A stretch of DNA of 64,000 nt from an uncultured virus (IMG/VR IMGVR_UViG_3300042564_005465) (lineage: Duplodnaviria; Heunggongvirae; Uroviricota; Caudoviricetes): the IMG/VR virus record IMGVR_UViG_3300042564_005465; one strand, 5' to 3'. Shown here in pieces: positions 8,818-17,949 of this stretch. The notes beneath the pieces were generated by a model. It was not told where the DNA came from. It worked only from the letters and a program-made list of their open reading frames with translations, and made no database searches. The position numbers and the translations under genes are program-made. Every line of letters starts with the position of its first letter. Position 1 is the first letter of the stretch.

Positions 8818-9303
8818 TTGGCGACAGGCGATTTTATTAAACAACATTTGTCTAAATTTCAATTTGCGGCAGTGGCAATTACAATATTGCTGGGTGCACA
8901 CACAATTTACGACAGATTTTTCAAAACTGCTGAACCGGTGTTGATTTGGGATCCAGAAGGTTTCGGCATCACGCCCACAAACAGCTACAGCAGTTTTCAA
9001 GTGGCAGCCAGCCGGAAAAAATTCCGCGATGATTGTCCGTTGCGCAGCTTTGATGCACACATAATAGACCGAGATGGTTTTATTCATCAAATCACCACCA
9101 GCGCCAATCGAAGTGTTGGTAAGACTTCAACAGGTTTTGAAAATTTCCAGTTTCTCATCAAAATAAATGATCTTGAGTCTGTGCCAGGAGGCAAGGCTCG
9201 ATTGCGTGGAATTTTGGTATATGAATGCAAGGAAGGGCAACAAGTAATTGAATATCCTGAAACAGACCGATTAACTTTGGAGATTGTAAGTGGATCAAAA
9301 TAA
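8818..9303 (+). CDS. Membrane-anchored periplasmic protein
   Basis: N-terminal TM segment followed by a soluble domain with two Cys; TTG start inferred. Confidence 0.55.
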   Translation: MATGDFIKQHLSKFQFAAVAITILLGAHTIYDRFFKTAEPVLIWDPEGFGITPTNSYSSFQVAASRKKFRDDCPLRSFDAHIIDRDGFIHQITTSANRSVGKTSTGFENFQFLIKINDLESVPGGKARLRGILVYECKEGQQVIEYPETDRLTLEIVSGSK

Positions 9304-9559
9304 GAAAAGTCCAAACAACTGGAAAGACTATGCAGGCATAGCAGTATGCAGTGTCACAGTCTTGGCATTCATTGCCATTGGCTTCATCATCATGGCAGCC
9401 AAAACAGCTGGTGTAGACATGAGCCCTCCGGGTGATTGGATGGCTGCTATGCTGAGTTTGGCCAGCACTGCACTTGGTTGGCTAGCTGGTCAGAAGGGCA
9501 GCAAGGAATCTGAGTCAATACCCGCTCCTCCAGTTGAGAAAACTTTGCCCATCAGCTGA
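9290..9559 (+). CDS. Two-TM small protein (holin-like)
   Basis: Two hydrophobic helices and a charged C-terminus. Confidence 0.5.
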   Translation: MDQNKKSPNNWKDYAGIAVCSVTVLAFIAIGFIIMAAKTAGVDMSPPGDWMAAMLSLASTALGWLAGQKGSKESESIPAPPVEKTLPIS

Positions 9560-9655
9560 ATTTTGTCACACTAGTCCTTATAATGAAAATCCCAAAGGCT
9601 AACTGTCTATAACAAAAAATTGTAGAGTTTTTGGACACTTGGTGTTGACGCACTT

Positions 9656-10135
9656 GTGTCTGCTGTAGCAAACTAATGTCTACAGCAGACACGATATGGC
9701 GGTAATTGGCTCCGCTGGCGGAAGGGATGGTACTCCATCAGGAACGCAAACAAATCGGTAGACTCTGCCTGCCGGACCGAGAAGCACAGCTGGTTCCCTC
9801 ACAAAGAAGCTCTCCAGTTCGAACTCGGAATACACGGTCAAGTGGAACATAGACCCAAAATTATCTTCAACATGTGAGGCATGTTGCCAAAGGATCGCTC
9901 TGTTTTGTGCATGAACATCGATCACGGAATTGGTTTGTTTATGGTTTTCAAACCAATTTTTTCCGCTGCATCTACTTAGTAGAGAGACAGGTTGTGGACA
10001 GGAATGTCTGAGGGTACCGTGCAACCGCCCCAAGTGCTAACACACTCACAACAAAACCATCTGAGACTGGTGCCTATAGTAGTAGTCTTGTTTTTGTTTT
10101 CCCACATATTTGTTGGGAGAGCATGTTCTGAGTCC
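9656..10135 (+). ncRNA. Candidate large structured non-coding RNA or origin region
   Basis: No convincing ORF; many stems, e.g. GTGTCTGCTGTAG/CTACAGCAGACAC, CAACATG/CATGTTG, AATTGGTTTG/CAAACCAATT, GATGG/CCATC. Confidence 0.45.
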
Positions 10136-10163
10136 CAATACCTGCGTAGATATGAGTTAGTTT

Positions 10164-10511
10164 TTAAAAACTCTTTCCCCAATTGCGCATCAATATTCCA
10201 GCAACAGAATTGGCTTCGTTCTCAATAGCACTTCCTGTTTCACCATCCTGATTGGTTAACTCTTGTAGCTCACTTTGCTTCTGGTGAACCAGTTCATGTG
10301 CGATAGTCCGACAAATATCCAATAGGTGGCGACCGTCAACAGACACTGTAATCTTCCTGTTGATGGGATCATAACCACCAAAAGTGCTTTGTATGCCATG
10401 TTTCATACGACTGGATCGTAATCTTACTACCACTGGAGTTTGGATATCTAATTCTTTTTTGGCCCATTTGACAAAATTTGTGATTTCAGGAACTAGGGGA
10501 TGGCTTTTCAT
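10164..10511 (-). CDS. Zincin-like metallopeptidase (HExxH)
   Basis: RTIAHELVHQKQ...ENEAN; TAAATA 5 nt before the ATG. Confidence 0.75.
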   Translation of the reverse strand: MKSHPLVPEITNFVKWAKKELDIQTPVVVRLRSSRMKHGIQSTFGGYDPINRKITVSVDGRHLLDICRTIAHELVHQKQSELQELTNQDGETGSAIENEANSVAGILMRNWGKSF

Positions 10512-10579
10512 ACACATATTTAGGTTGACACTTTGGGGAAGGAATGCTACGTTCTCCACATAGAGAGAAGGTTAACAGC

Positions 10580-10999
10580 ATGTCAGGATTGCCGGCTGAT
10601 GGTGAACGGGTAAGGATTGAAAGTCGGGACCTTACCAAAGTTCAGGGTTGGCCTGCTAATCGAACCTCAATTTTTGAGGGCATTGTAGTTCCAACTTTTT
10701 CTTGGCTAGAGGGGCCACATATTTGTATCACAAGTAATGATATAAAAATCCCTGTGCGCAGTTTCAAAATGGAACACGTAGTCAAGATTGTTCGAGCTGA
10801 TGGCAGTGAAACCTTGCCGCCTTCTGTAGCTCCTGTGAAAAAGGAAAAAGACACCAGCTGGATGGTAACAGGCAGCAAAGGCGCATCGTATGTGGTGTCT
10901 AGGAGCGGCAGCCGTTGGCACTGCTCGTGTGTGGCGGGCGGTTTTGGCCGAGCCTGCAAACATGTTAAGGAAATTCAAGCCAAAATGGCCAATTCATGA
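10580..10999 (+). CDS. SWIM zinc-finger protein
   Basis: GSKGASYVV...WHCSC...CKHV. Confidence 0.8.
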   Translation: MSGLPADGERVRIESRDLTKVQGWPANRTSIFEGIVVPTFSWLEGPHICITSNDIKIPVRSFKMEHVVKIVRADGSETLPPSVAPVKKEKDTSWMVTGSKGASYVVSRSGSRWHCSCVAGGFGRACKHVKEIQAKMANS

Positions 11000-11009
11000 A
11001 AGGAAAAAC

Positions 11010-11201
11010 ATGTCAAAACTAGGAACAATGAAGAAGGTTGGTGAATCCTTCAACATCTATCGGTATGACAACGGATGGATGGTTGAAATCACCGGACGCG
11101 ACAAGGAAAGTGATTGGATTACATCGAAGATTGTCTGCAACAGCGAACAAGAAGTAGTAGCTTTGTTCACCCAATACAACACAATTGAAATTGATCGCTA
11201 A
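11010..11201 (+). CDS. Hypothetical phage protein
   Basis: AAGGA RBS; YRYDNGWMVEITG. Confidence 0.65.
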   Translation: MSKLGTMKKVGESFNIYRYDNGWMVEITGRDKESDWITSKIVCNSEQEVVALFTQYNTIEIDR

Positions 11202-11210
11202 TCATAGACA

Positions 11211-11237
11211 AAAAAGCCCGCTTAACGCGGGCTTTTT
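11211..11237. terminator. Bidirectional intrinsic terminator
   Basis: AAAAAGCCCGC-TTAAC-GCGGGCTTTTT between convergent genes. Confidence 0.85.
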
Positions 11238-11239
11238 GC

Positions 11240-11395
11240 TTATTTCTTTTGAGGCCAAATATCTTTGATATTGACCTTGCTCATTTCTGTTACCAAATTC
11301 ATATGAGCCTCATACATTTTTGCTGCTGTGTCCATATAAGTTGCGGCTACAGCAGCATACCAATTGGTAACGCTTCGTGCGATATCGTTGTTCAT
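11240..11395 (-). CDS. Small helical protein
   Basis: GGGAG RBS and TAAATA upstream. Confidence 0.5.
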   Translation of the reverse strand: MNNDIARSVTNWYAAVAATYMDTAAKMYEAHMNLVTEMSKVNIKDIWPQKK

Positions 11396-11458
11396 TGTTA
11401 TTCTCCCCTTTGTGTCTAGTCTATTTATGTTGCGGTGCAACATCATAGATGTCAACCT

Positions 11459-12049
11459 TCACCAGCGAGCATTTTTTTCAAATCCAGCATCTTCCAATTC
11501 TTTTTGGGCATCAAACATTGCACGTTTTCCTTGTCCTGCATATCTTCTTAAGATGTCTTTGACCTTCTCAGCTGCTCGATTTTCAATTGCATTGGTGTTA
11601 CCATATGCAATGCCTATTCGGCAGGCATTCAACAACCGAAGAACCGGAAGAGTAGAGCTCCAGGTGAAAATTACAGCTTCTACACTAGCAGGAAACCCCT
11701 CTAGACTTTGTAGTCTAGGCATTAAGCTTATGTTGAACACTCCACCAACAGTGTCTGGCGCACCCCTCAAATCAGATAGCTTGTTTCGGTCTACCAAACA
11801 GTCTCCTGTGACTTCACCAGGACAGCCATATAACGAACTCAAGTTGCTGTCTCGAACATTGAATGTACCCACAACCTTACCAAAGGCAAATGGCAAGCTG
11901 CCATTGGGAAATCTATATTGGCTTGGCCTTATATCAGAATACACATTCAGTCTGCCTTGACTATCAAAATCATATTTTTTGTCTTCAATTATTGAATAGG
12001 CAACAAAATAGGAATTCAACTCCTGTAAAATCTTCTCTTTGTCTACCAT
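11459..12049 (-). CDS. LRR-like family protein (last in array)
   Basis: Diverged 21-aa repeats; tail YAGQGKRAMFDAQKELEDAGFEKNARW. Confidence 0.88.
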   Translation of the reverse strand: MVDKEKILQELNSYFVAYSIIEDKKYDFDSQGRLNVYSDIRPSQYRFPNGSLPFAFGKVVGTFNVRDSNLSSLYGCPGEVTGDCLVDRNKLSDLRGAPDTVGGVFNISLMPRLQSLEGFPASVEAVIFTWSSTLPVLRLLNACRIGIAYGNTNAIENRAAEKVKDILRRYAGQGKRAMFDAQKELEDAGFEKNARW

Positions 12050-12597
12050 TTTGCGTTGCCTTCAAATCCTGCATCTTCCAAGTCTTTTTGACAATCAAAC
12101 ATTGCTCGTTTGCCTTGACCTGCATATTTGTTCATTATTGCCATGACCCTAGGTTGGCCATACAGCACTACCTCACGGGCGTTTAGAGTTCTCAGCAATG
12201 GCAGGGATGGCCCCCATTTCAAACTGACCCTTTTGCCTACCTTTTGTGGAAAGCCGTCAAGAGAAACAAGCGGGTTGCGGTTTACAAAAAAATTGCCACC
12301 CACCTCTAAGGGAGCACCAATCAGTGTGGTGAGCTTGTTACCAGCCAACTCACAGTCGCCAGTTACAAGTTGGGGCATGTTGTGTAAGGTTTTAAGGCCT
12401 TTTTCTTCAGCAACAAAATCCCCCGTCACTGTGCCGAACTTGACTGGTATCTCAGCCAGTTCATCAAGCATGTAAACATTCCACTGCACATCTACTGTGC
12501 CATCATCACGTATTTGCATTTGTTTGGATAGGCGATATTGATCACCAGGGTCAAAGTATTTGCACCACACTCTCAAGATCTCTTCTTTGTCTACCAT
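12043..12597 (-). CDS. LRR-like family protein
   Basis: Repeats; tail KYAGQGKRAMFDCQKDLEDAGFEGNAKW. Confidence 0.88.
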   Translation of the reverse strand: MVDKEEILRVWCKYFDPGDQYRLSKQMQIRDDGTVDVQWNVYMLDELAEIPVKFGTVTGDFVAEEKGLKTLHNMPQLVTGDCELAGNKLTTLIGAPLEVGGNFFVNRNPLVSLDGFPQKVGKRVSLKWGPSLPLLRTLNAREVVLYGQPRVMAIMNKYAGQGKRAMFDCQKDLEDAGFEGNAKW

Positions 12598-13184
12598 CGA
12601 GCATTCCCTTCAAATCCAGCATCTTCCAATTCTTTTTGACAATCAAACATGCCCTTTTTGCCAAATCTGCGATATTTTCTCAAAATACTCAACACTTGTT
12701 TGGGGTGGGAGTCAGCTGGATCGCGCATTTGAAACCATTCCAGCTCGATCCATTTGCATGTTAGGAGTCGCAACATAGGCATATTTGGATACCAAGATAC
12801 AACTACACTTTGGTCTGGAGGTAAACCTTCAAGACTCTTGAAGTTAATTCCAGAAATATTGAGTTGGCCAGAGATTTGTTGGGTCAATCCCACAAGATTG
12901 GTCAGTGGATTGTCATCAATGCTCATGCTACCGTGCACAACTTCTGGGCTGCCTTCTAGGCTTGTCAATCCACAGTTGTTCATACCCACATTACCATGGA
13001 TAGTCCCAAAATTCACTGGCCACATGCCGTCAGGCATGTGCAGGCCATTTCTTCTTATAACATTGCCAAGGATGTTAAGAGAACCGTTTTCTTTCAGAAA
13101 TCTGTATCTGCCTCTCTGGATGATGTCTTCAGAATTTTCAAAATAGTGTTCAAAAATACGTAATATAGATTCTTCATCTACCAT
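12591..13184 (-). CDS. LRR-like family protein
   Basis: Repeats; tail GKKGMFDCQKELEDAGFEGNARW. Confidence 0.88.
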   Translation of the reverse strand: MVDEESILRIFEHYFENSEDIIQRGRYRFLKENGSLNILGNVIRRNGLHMPDGMWPVNFGTIHGNVGMNNCGLTSLEGSPEVVHGSMSIDDNPLTNLVGLTQQISGQLNISGINFKSLEGLPPDQSVVVSWYPNMPMLRLLTCKWIELEWFQMRDPADSHPKQVLSILRKYRRFGKKGMFDCQKELEDAGFEGNARW

Positions 13185-13936
13185 TTTGCGTTTCCTTCAT
13201 AGCCAGAGTCTTCCAGTTCTTTTTGGCAATCAAACAAAGCCCGTTTGCCTTGCCCTGCGTATTTCATAAGGATGTTTTTCACAGCTCTAGCATCTTGATT
13301 CAAAGTAGGATACAATCCTATGTCATCTGCAACCAATGTTCGTAATAACGGGAGATTTTTGTGATACGGGCCCCAAAAACCCGCCATTTCTCGTGGCGCA
13401 CCATCAAGGCTTGTTAATGGGGTATCTATGCAAGTGAAATAGCCTGAGACTTTGGTGGGAGCACCTTTGAGATTGGTGAGATTATTGATGTCACAGCGAA
13501 AATCACCATTGACACTATCAGGCCCACCTTCAAGAGAAGACAGTTGATTCTTATAGCAAAAAAAACTGCCGGGAGAGATGTTTGGTACCCCCTTCAAGCT
13601 ATTCAGCTTGTTATGATTGACCGAAGTTACCCCGCCCACTGTTTTTGGAAAACCTTCAAGTGTCTCAAGTTCATTCTCACGAGCATCAAAATCACCCATA
13701 ACTTCGAAAGGACTGCCCAACAGACTAGTTAAGTTGTTTTTTGAGCAGAGGAAATCTCCTGTAACCAATTTGAAACGGCAAGGCAAAATTGTTGCAGAGA
13801 GCCGGAGACTCACGTTGCCATATGCTGATACTAGGCCTGCATCATCCACCTCTATTTTTCCTGAATGACTTGTCCCGGCATGAAAATCAAAGTTATAGTG
13901 AAATATTTTCAGGACACTTTCCCGTAGACTTACCAT
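13178..13936 (-). CDS. LRR-like family protein (more repeats)
   Basis: About six 21-aa repeats and the conserved tail. Confidence 0.88.
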   Translation of the reverse strand: MVSLRESVLKIFHYNFDFHAGTSHSGKIEVDDAGLVSAYGNVSLRLSATILPCRFKLVTGDFLCSKNNLTSLLGSPFEVMGDFDARENELETLEGFPKTVGGVTSVNHNKLNSLKGVPNISPGSFFCYKNQLSSLEGGPDSVNGDFRCDINNLTNLKGAPTKVSGYFTCIDTPLTSLDGAPREMAGFWGPYHKNLPLLRTLVADDIGLYPTLNQDARAVKNILMKYAGQGKRALFDCQKELEDSGYEGNAKW

Positions 13937-14505
13937 CTGGCATTGCCTTCATACCCTGCATCTTCCAGTTCTTTTTGGCAATCAAACAAAGCCCTTTTGC
14001 CTTGCCCTTCGTATTTTTTCATAATAGCAACAGGGGGTTTATGGTCTAAGCTCAAATTGGCAAACACAATTTGTGGTGCCACCAAGGCCCTCAACAAAGG
14101 CAACTGGGGATGGTAGGGAAGGTATAAGGTGTTTCCAATTTCAGAGGCAAGGCCGTCAAGGTTCTCCAACGGATTATTGCTAGCCTCGTAGGTCCCTCCT
14201 ACTTTTTTTGGCCCACCAAGCAAGGTGGTCAATTTGTTGCCGCTGCAATAGAAATTTTGTCTAACCGTCAGTGGGCAACCTTCTAGAGAGGTTAAATTGC
14301 GGTTTTGTATTTGCATACTGAAATTCGCTGCTTCAAATTCCACCGGCAATTTTCCATCAGGCGGACTACGCCACAAGAAAACATTGTTCAAAACAGTGAT
14401 TTTGCCAGTGGTGGGATTGATATTGAGACTGCCTTTTGAGGTTACAAAGCCTGGACCATCAAAATACGTTCTGTAACTTTTCTCAATTTCTTTCACATTT
14501 ACCAT
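13930..14505 (-). CDS. LRR-like family protein (first in array)
   Basis: Start reassigned to MVNVKE by analogy with the family's Met-Val starts; conserved tail. Confidence 0.85.
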   Translation of the reverse strand: MVNVKEIEKSYRTYFDGPGFVTSKGSLNINPTTGKITVLNNVFLWRSPPDGKLPVEFEAANFSMQIQNRNLTSLEGCPLTVRQNFYCSGNKLTTLLGGPKKVGGTYEASNNPLENLDGLASEIGNTLYLPYHPQLPLLRALVAPQIVFANLSLDHKPPVAIMKKYEGQGKRALFDCQKELEDAGYEGNARW

Positions 14506-14564
14506 CTTGCATTCCTTCAAACTTATCAAGTTCCAGTTTTTTGACCATCAAATAAGACACGTTT
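14499..14564 (-). pseudogene. Frameshifted relic of the LRR-family C-terminal tail
   Basis: Minus strand reads KRVLFDGQK/LELDKFEG/NARW* with two small indels, ending in ATGGTAA. Confidence 0.75.
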
Positions 14565-14653
14565 TCATAGGCTTGCGTCATACAGATCTTCCAATGAGGT
14601 GCAATATTTAGGTTTGGGTTGACACATTTCAAGAACCTTGTAAGCTGCGCAGT

Positions 14654-15049
14654 ATGACACGCGAAAAAATGCACCAAGTGACTGTTGTCAAGGAATTTGT
14701 GGATTTGATTCACAAATTTCAACGGGCAACCAATTATAGCCTTTTCTCGGGCAGCCCCAGCTGGGGTGTCAGTAGGATGAGTATTCCTGAGTTTGACTTC
14801 ACGTTTGACAGAGGTCTCTCACGTGGATGGGCAGACGCAGCCAAGAGCTTCCCTGATACCTGGGAGATGGAAATAGTGACTCCTGATGTTTTGGTATCAG
14901 CCAGAGTCTCAACCCCTGTTAGCTTTTATACCATGTGGGAAGACCTGTCAACTAAGTTGAATGCCAAATGGAATGTGGAGATTGTTGGTGACCTCAGTTC
15001 TTTGAGTGACGTCTCCACTTGGTTGAAACTCAGCTGGCCAGTTGACTAA
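14654..15049 (+). CDS. Hypothetical protein
   Basis: 131-aa ORF after a TTGACA promoter. Confidence 0.6.
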   Translation: MTREKMHQVTVVKEFVDLIHKFQRATNYSLFSGSPSWGVSRMSIPEFDFTFDRGLSRGWADAAKSFPDTWEMEIVTPDVLVSARVSTPVSFYTMWEDLSTKLNAKWNVEIVGDLSSLSDVSTWLKLSWPVD

Positions 15050-15065
15050 TTCAGACTCATATATT

Positions 15066-15135
15066 TAAATAGTGTTGAAAGTGGACTTGGACTGTTCATC
15101 CCACTCTAAACACTCTGTACAGTCATCAAACACTC
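15066..15135 (+). promoter_or_regulatory. TAAATA box plus pseudoknotted leader upstream of queD
   Basis: AGTGG/CCACT stem; loop GACTGT pairs with ACAGTC at 15119-15124. Confidence 0.45.
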
Positions 15136-15152
15136 AGATTTGGAGAGAATAG

Positions 15153-15689
15153 ATGACATATTTACCAGCAGACACATATCAATACGTTTCAACTAAGGAA
15201 TATGTCGATGCATTTCCTTGCGCCTATCGTCAATGGCGGGCTGATGACAAGCCCAATGGGATGCCAGGGTGCAACAAGATTCACGGCTACAGCTTCAGTG
15301 TGAAGTTTTATTTTGGTGCAAACACACTAGATGCACGTCGCTGGGTTGCAGATTACGGCGCACTCCGACCCTTGAAAAGTTTCCTTGAAGATCAACTGGA
15401 TCACTGCCTCTTAGTGTCAGAAGATGATCCTGAGATCGAGTGGTACCGAGAAGCTCAAGCTCGTGGAATTGCCAAGGTTACAGTTCTGCCCAAGTTGGGG
15501 TGTGAAGGCTTGGCAGATATGCTATATCGCTACGTAAATGGGGTTTTCATTCCCGAGCAATGGGGAAGTGGCGAAGCAGCCCGAGTTTGGTGTTTTAGAT
15601 GCGAAGTCCGTGAAACCCAAGCTAACATGGCATATCGAGAAGGACATCGCAGCTGGCATAAGCCAGATTTGAGCGATCTTTTTGACTGA
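15153..15689 (+). CDS. queD: 6-pyruvoyl-tetrahydropterin synthase / QueD family
   Basis: CAYRQWRA...CNKIHGYS...DYG..L...LDH...GCEGLA...EVRETQAN. Confidence 0.88.
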   Translation: MTYLPADTYQYVSTKEYVDAFPCAYRQWRADDKPNGMPGCNKIHGYSFSVKFYFGANTLDARRWVADYGALRPLKSFLEDQLDHCLLVSEDDPEIEWYREAQARGIAKVTVLPKLGCEGLADMLYRYVNGVFIPEQWGSGEAARVWCFRCEVRETQANMAYREGHRSWHKPDLSDLFD

Positions 15690-15749
15690 TAGCACTTGAC
15701 ACCTCTGTGTGCTGTGCTATAGTAGGCACACATACAGAGGACTTTTCAA

Positions 15750-16229
15750 ATGCTTGAGCAACATCAACTGCGTTATCTTGAGCGGCTTTGGAAAACTCAA
15801 GATAATGAAGTAGGTAAAAAACAAGAGCCTTGGTTCTATCTTGTTCTTGGACTTTGTGCAGTCTTTATGGTTTTCAATCCCTTTCCTGACTGGAAGCTGG
15901 GAGAGATGAGCAAGCTCATTAGTATCGTATATGTGCTGCTCACTACCATTTCAACCAGCATTTTGTGGATTATGGCCAGCCCCTCCCGAGTACAAAACTG
16001 GAAGCTGGAACAAGTATTTGACAAAACTATGGTAGAAATGGCCTTGGAAAGCTCTTGGCGCGACACACTACGCTATGCTATTATCTTGGGTGTAGCAATT
16101 GGATTTTACATCATGGGCAGCATTTGGGCAAGTGCTTTGACACTGATTTGGCTGGTTATGAAATTTGAGCTTAAACAACGTTGGAAAATGTTCATCGCAT
16201 ATCGCATTCGTGAAATTCCCAACCGTTAG
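15750..16229 (+). CDS. Membrane protein
   Basis: Four hydrophobic segments. Confidence 0.65.
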   Translation: MLEQHQLRYLERLWKTQDNEVGKKQEPWFYLVLGLCAVFMVFNPFPDWKLGEMSKLISIVYVLLTTISTSILWIMASPSRVQNWKLEQVFDKTMVEMALESSWRDTLRYAIILGVAIGFYIMGSIWASALTLIWLVMKFELKQRWKMFIAYRIREIPNR

Positions 16230-16240
16230 GGCTCACTCCC

Positions 16241-16687
16241 ATGGAACCTCACACGACGCAAACGCTTTTGCCGCGTGATCATAAGATTCTCAAGACTCTG
16301 CTGCACATGGCACAGGATGTAGCGCCTGTAGCCAACGCTAGGCTGGCTGCTGCTATTGCAGTTCGGGGAGACATTGTCAGTTTTGGTAACAACAGCCTTC
16401 GTTCGCATCCTTTTGCTAATAAATTTGGCAAGAACGAGCACAGCCAATTCTGGCATGCGGAAACTCATGCCATCTTCAACGCCTTGAAGCGTCACAATGT
16501 AGATATCCTAGAGCGTGCCACATTGTATGTGGTGCGTGTTAAGCGGCCCCACGAAACCAGCAAGGAGTGGATTGTGGGCACAAGCAAGCCTTGCAAAGGC
16601 TGCCGCCGTTGCATTATGGAGTTTGGTATTCCGCGGGTAGTCTATGGGACAGAAAGTGAGTTTGTTTGTGAAGGGGTTGATCTCTAA
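16241..16687 (+). CDS. Cytidine/dCMP deaminase-family zinc protein
   Basis: HAE...PCxxC motif. Confidence 0.88.
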   Translation: MEPHTTQTLLPRDHKILKTLLHMAQDVAPVANARLAAAIAVRGDIVSFGNNSLRSHPFANKFGKNEHSQFWHAETHAIFNALKRHNVDILERATLYVVRVKRPHETSKEWIVGTSKPCKGCRRCIMEFGIPRVVYGTESEFVCEGVDL

Positions 16688-16736
16688 GCCACTGCATAAA
16701 TAATCCTACAAAGCAAGAGATTTTTGAGGATTGAGT

Positions 16737-17879
16737 ATGCCAACACCTTCATTTCAGCCCACCTATTACAGAATTACATGGACTGGTAATGCACCCACAG
16801 ACTACAATGCCCTTACAGGAACGCAAGCTGGTGGTGTTGACAACACCAAACCTGAGGCCTACAATCGCAGAGTGAGTGTTACTGGTACTATATCGACTCC
16901 AACTGTGACACCTGGCCATAGCATTTTCTTAAATGGCATCGAAATTGTGTTCACCGGCGCCGGTGACCTTGCCGCTGTAATCAGTGACATCAATAGTAGC
17001 CAACGCCTCACAGGCGTTTGTGCTCATTCAGGCACAGTAACAAATTACCTCACAGTCACTAACTCTCCAGGGTATGAGGGGTCGAGCATTACTATTGCCA
17101 GTGGCACTGGAACAGCACGGACTGATTTGGGATTACCTGCCATAACCTATCAAGGTTATGAGATTCAAGTAAGCACTGCAACAGCTTTTCCTGTGTTGAA
17201 TGGCGACAACATCAAAATAAACGGTGTCACAGTAACCTTTGCTACTGGTGCCTTAAATCAAGCTGGTGTTATCAACACCATCAACAGCTTGAGCTATGCC
17301 ACTAACGTGAGCGCTTTGGCTTGTGGTGATAAGATTCAGTTAGCCTCAGTAAATGGTCAACCATTTGCATTATTGGATGGTTCAGTTGCTGGCAGCCTTG
17401 CCAAGTTGGGCTACGTTGCAGGCAACTATGGCGGCTATCCCACCACTTATGCCTTGAGCTTGGCTAAAGAGCGTGCCAACATGCGCTGGGAACAGATCGT
17501 AAACAACCTAGGCTTGCTGATCAGCCCTATATTTTTGGATGATGTGATCAAAACCGGCAATTTCACAGGCGAAGCACCTGTAACAACTATGGCGTGGACT
17601 GTGGGTTATGATCGTCCCAGCCACTTGTACTACGAAGACAGCACTAGCCTTGGCAGCTATCTCACTGGCGTCAATGCCTTAAAGAGATTAGTAGCAGAGG
17701 CATTGATTGTGGACTTGCAGGGCAACCAAGAGGTGTTTGATCCCACAATCCAAGGCTATGGCAATTCCTGTGCAAGACCCAATCCTTTGGAAATCTTGCG
17801 TGTAACAGCAGCGGCTCTTGACACTGTGGTTACTGATGTTGAAGACAACATCACTGTTTCAATTATCAACAACGTTTGA
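16737..17879 (+). CDS. Putative virion structural protein
   Basis: Thr/Gly/Asn-rich with two internal INGxxxxF...INxIN repeats; TAAATA upstream. Confidence 0.55.
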   Translation: MPTPSFQPTYYRITWTGNAPTDYNALTGTQAGGVDNTKPEAYNRRVSVTGTISTPTVTPGHSIFLNGIEIVFTGAGDLAAVISDINSSQRLTGVCAHSGTVTNYLTVTNSPGYEGSSITIASGTGTARTDLGLPAITYQGYEIQVSTATAFPVLNGDNIKINGVTVTFATGALNQAGVINTINSLSYATNVSALACGDKIQLASVNGQPFALLDGSVAGSLAKLGYVAGNYGGYPTTYALSLAKERANMRWEQIVNNLGLLISPIFLDDVIKTGNFTGEAPVTTMAWTVGYDRPSHLYYEDSTSLGSYLTGVNALKRLVAEALIVDLQGNQEVFDPTIQGYGNSCARPNPLEILRVTAAALDTVVTDVEDNITVSIINNV

Positions 17880-17949
17880 TGTTGACTTACAGCGGAGATT
17901 GATTATAGTTTGGAATGTTATTGAGTAAAAACAAGGGCTGGATTGACAG

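Noticed and set aside
9656..10135. tmRNA, RNase P RNA or group I intron
   Set aside because: I could not find their hallmark sequences (tRNA-Ala-like ends with tag ORF; GAGGAAAGUCC; P7 core).
1..14505. Complete diversity-generating retroelement
   Set aside because: No reverse transcriptase or non-coding template repeat in the window, and scaffold adenines are invariant; kept only as a hypothesis.
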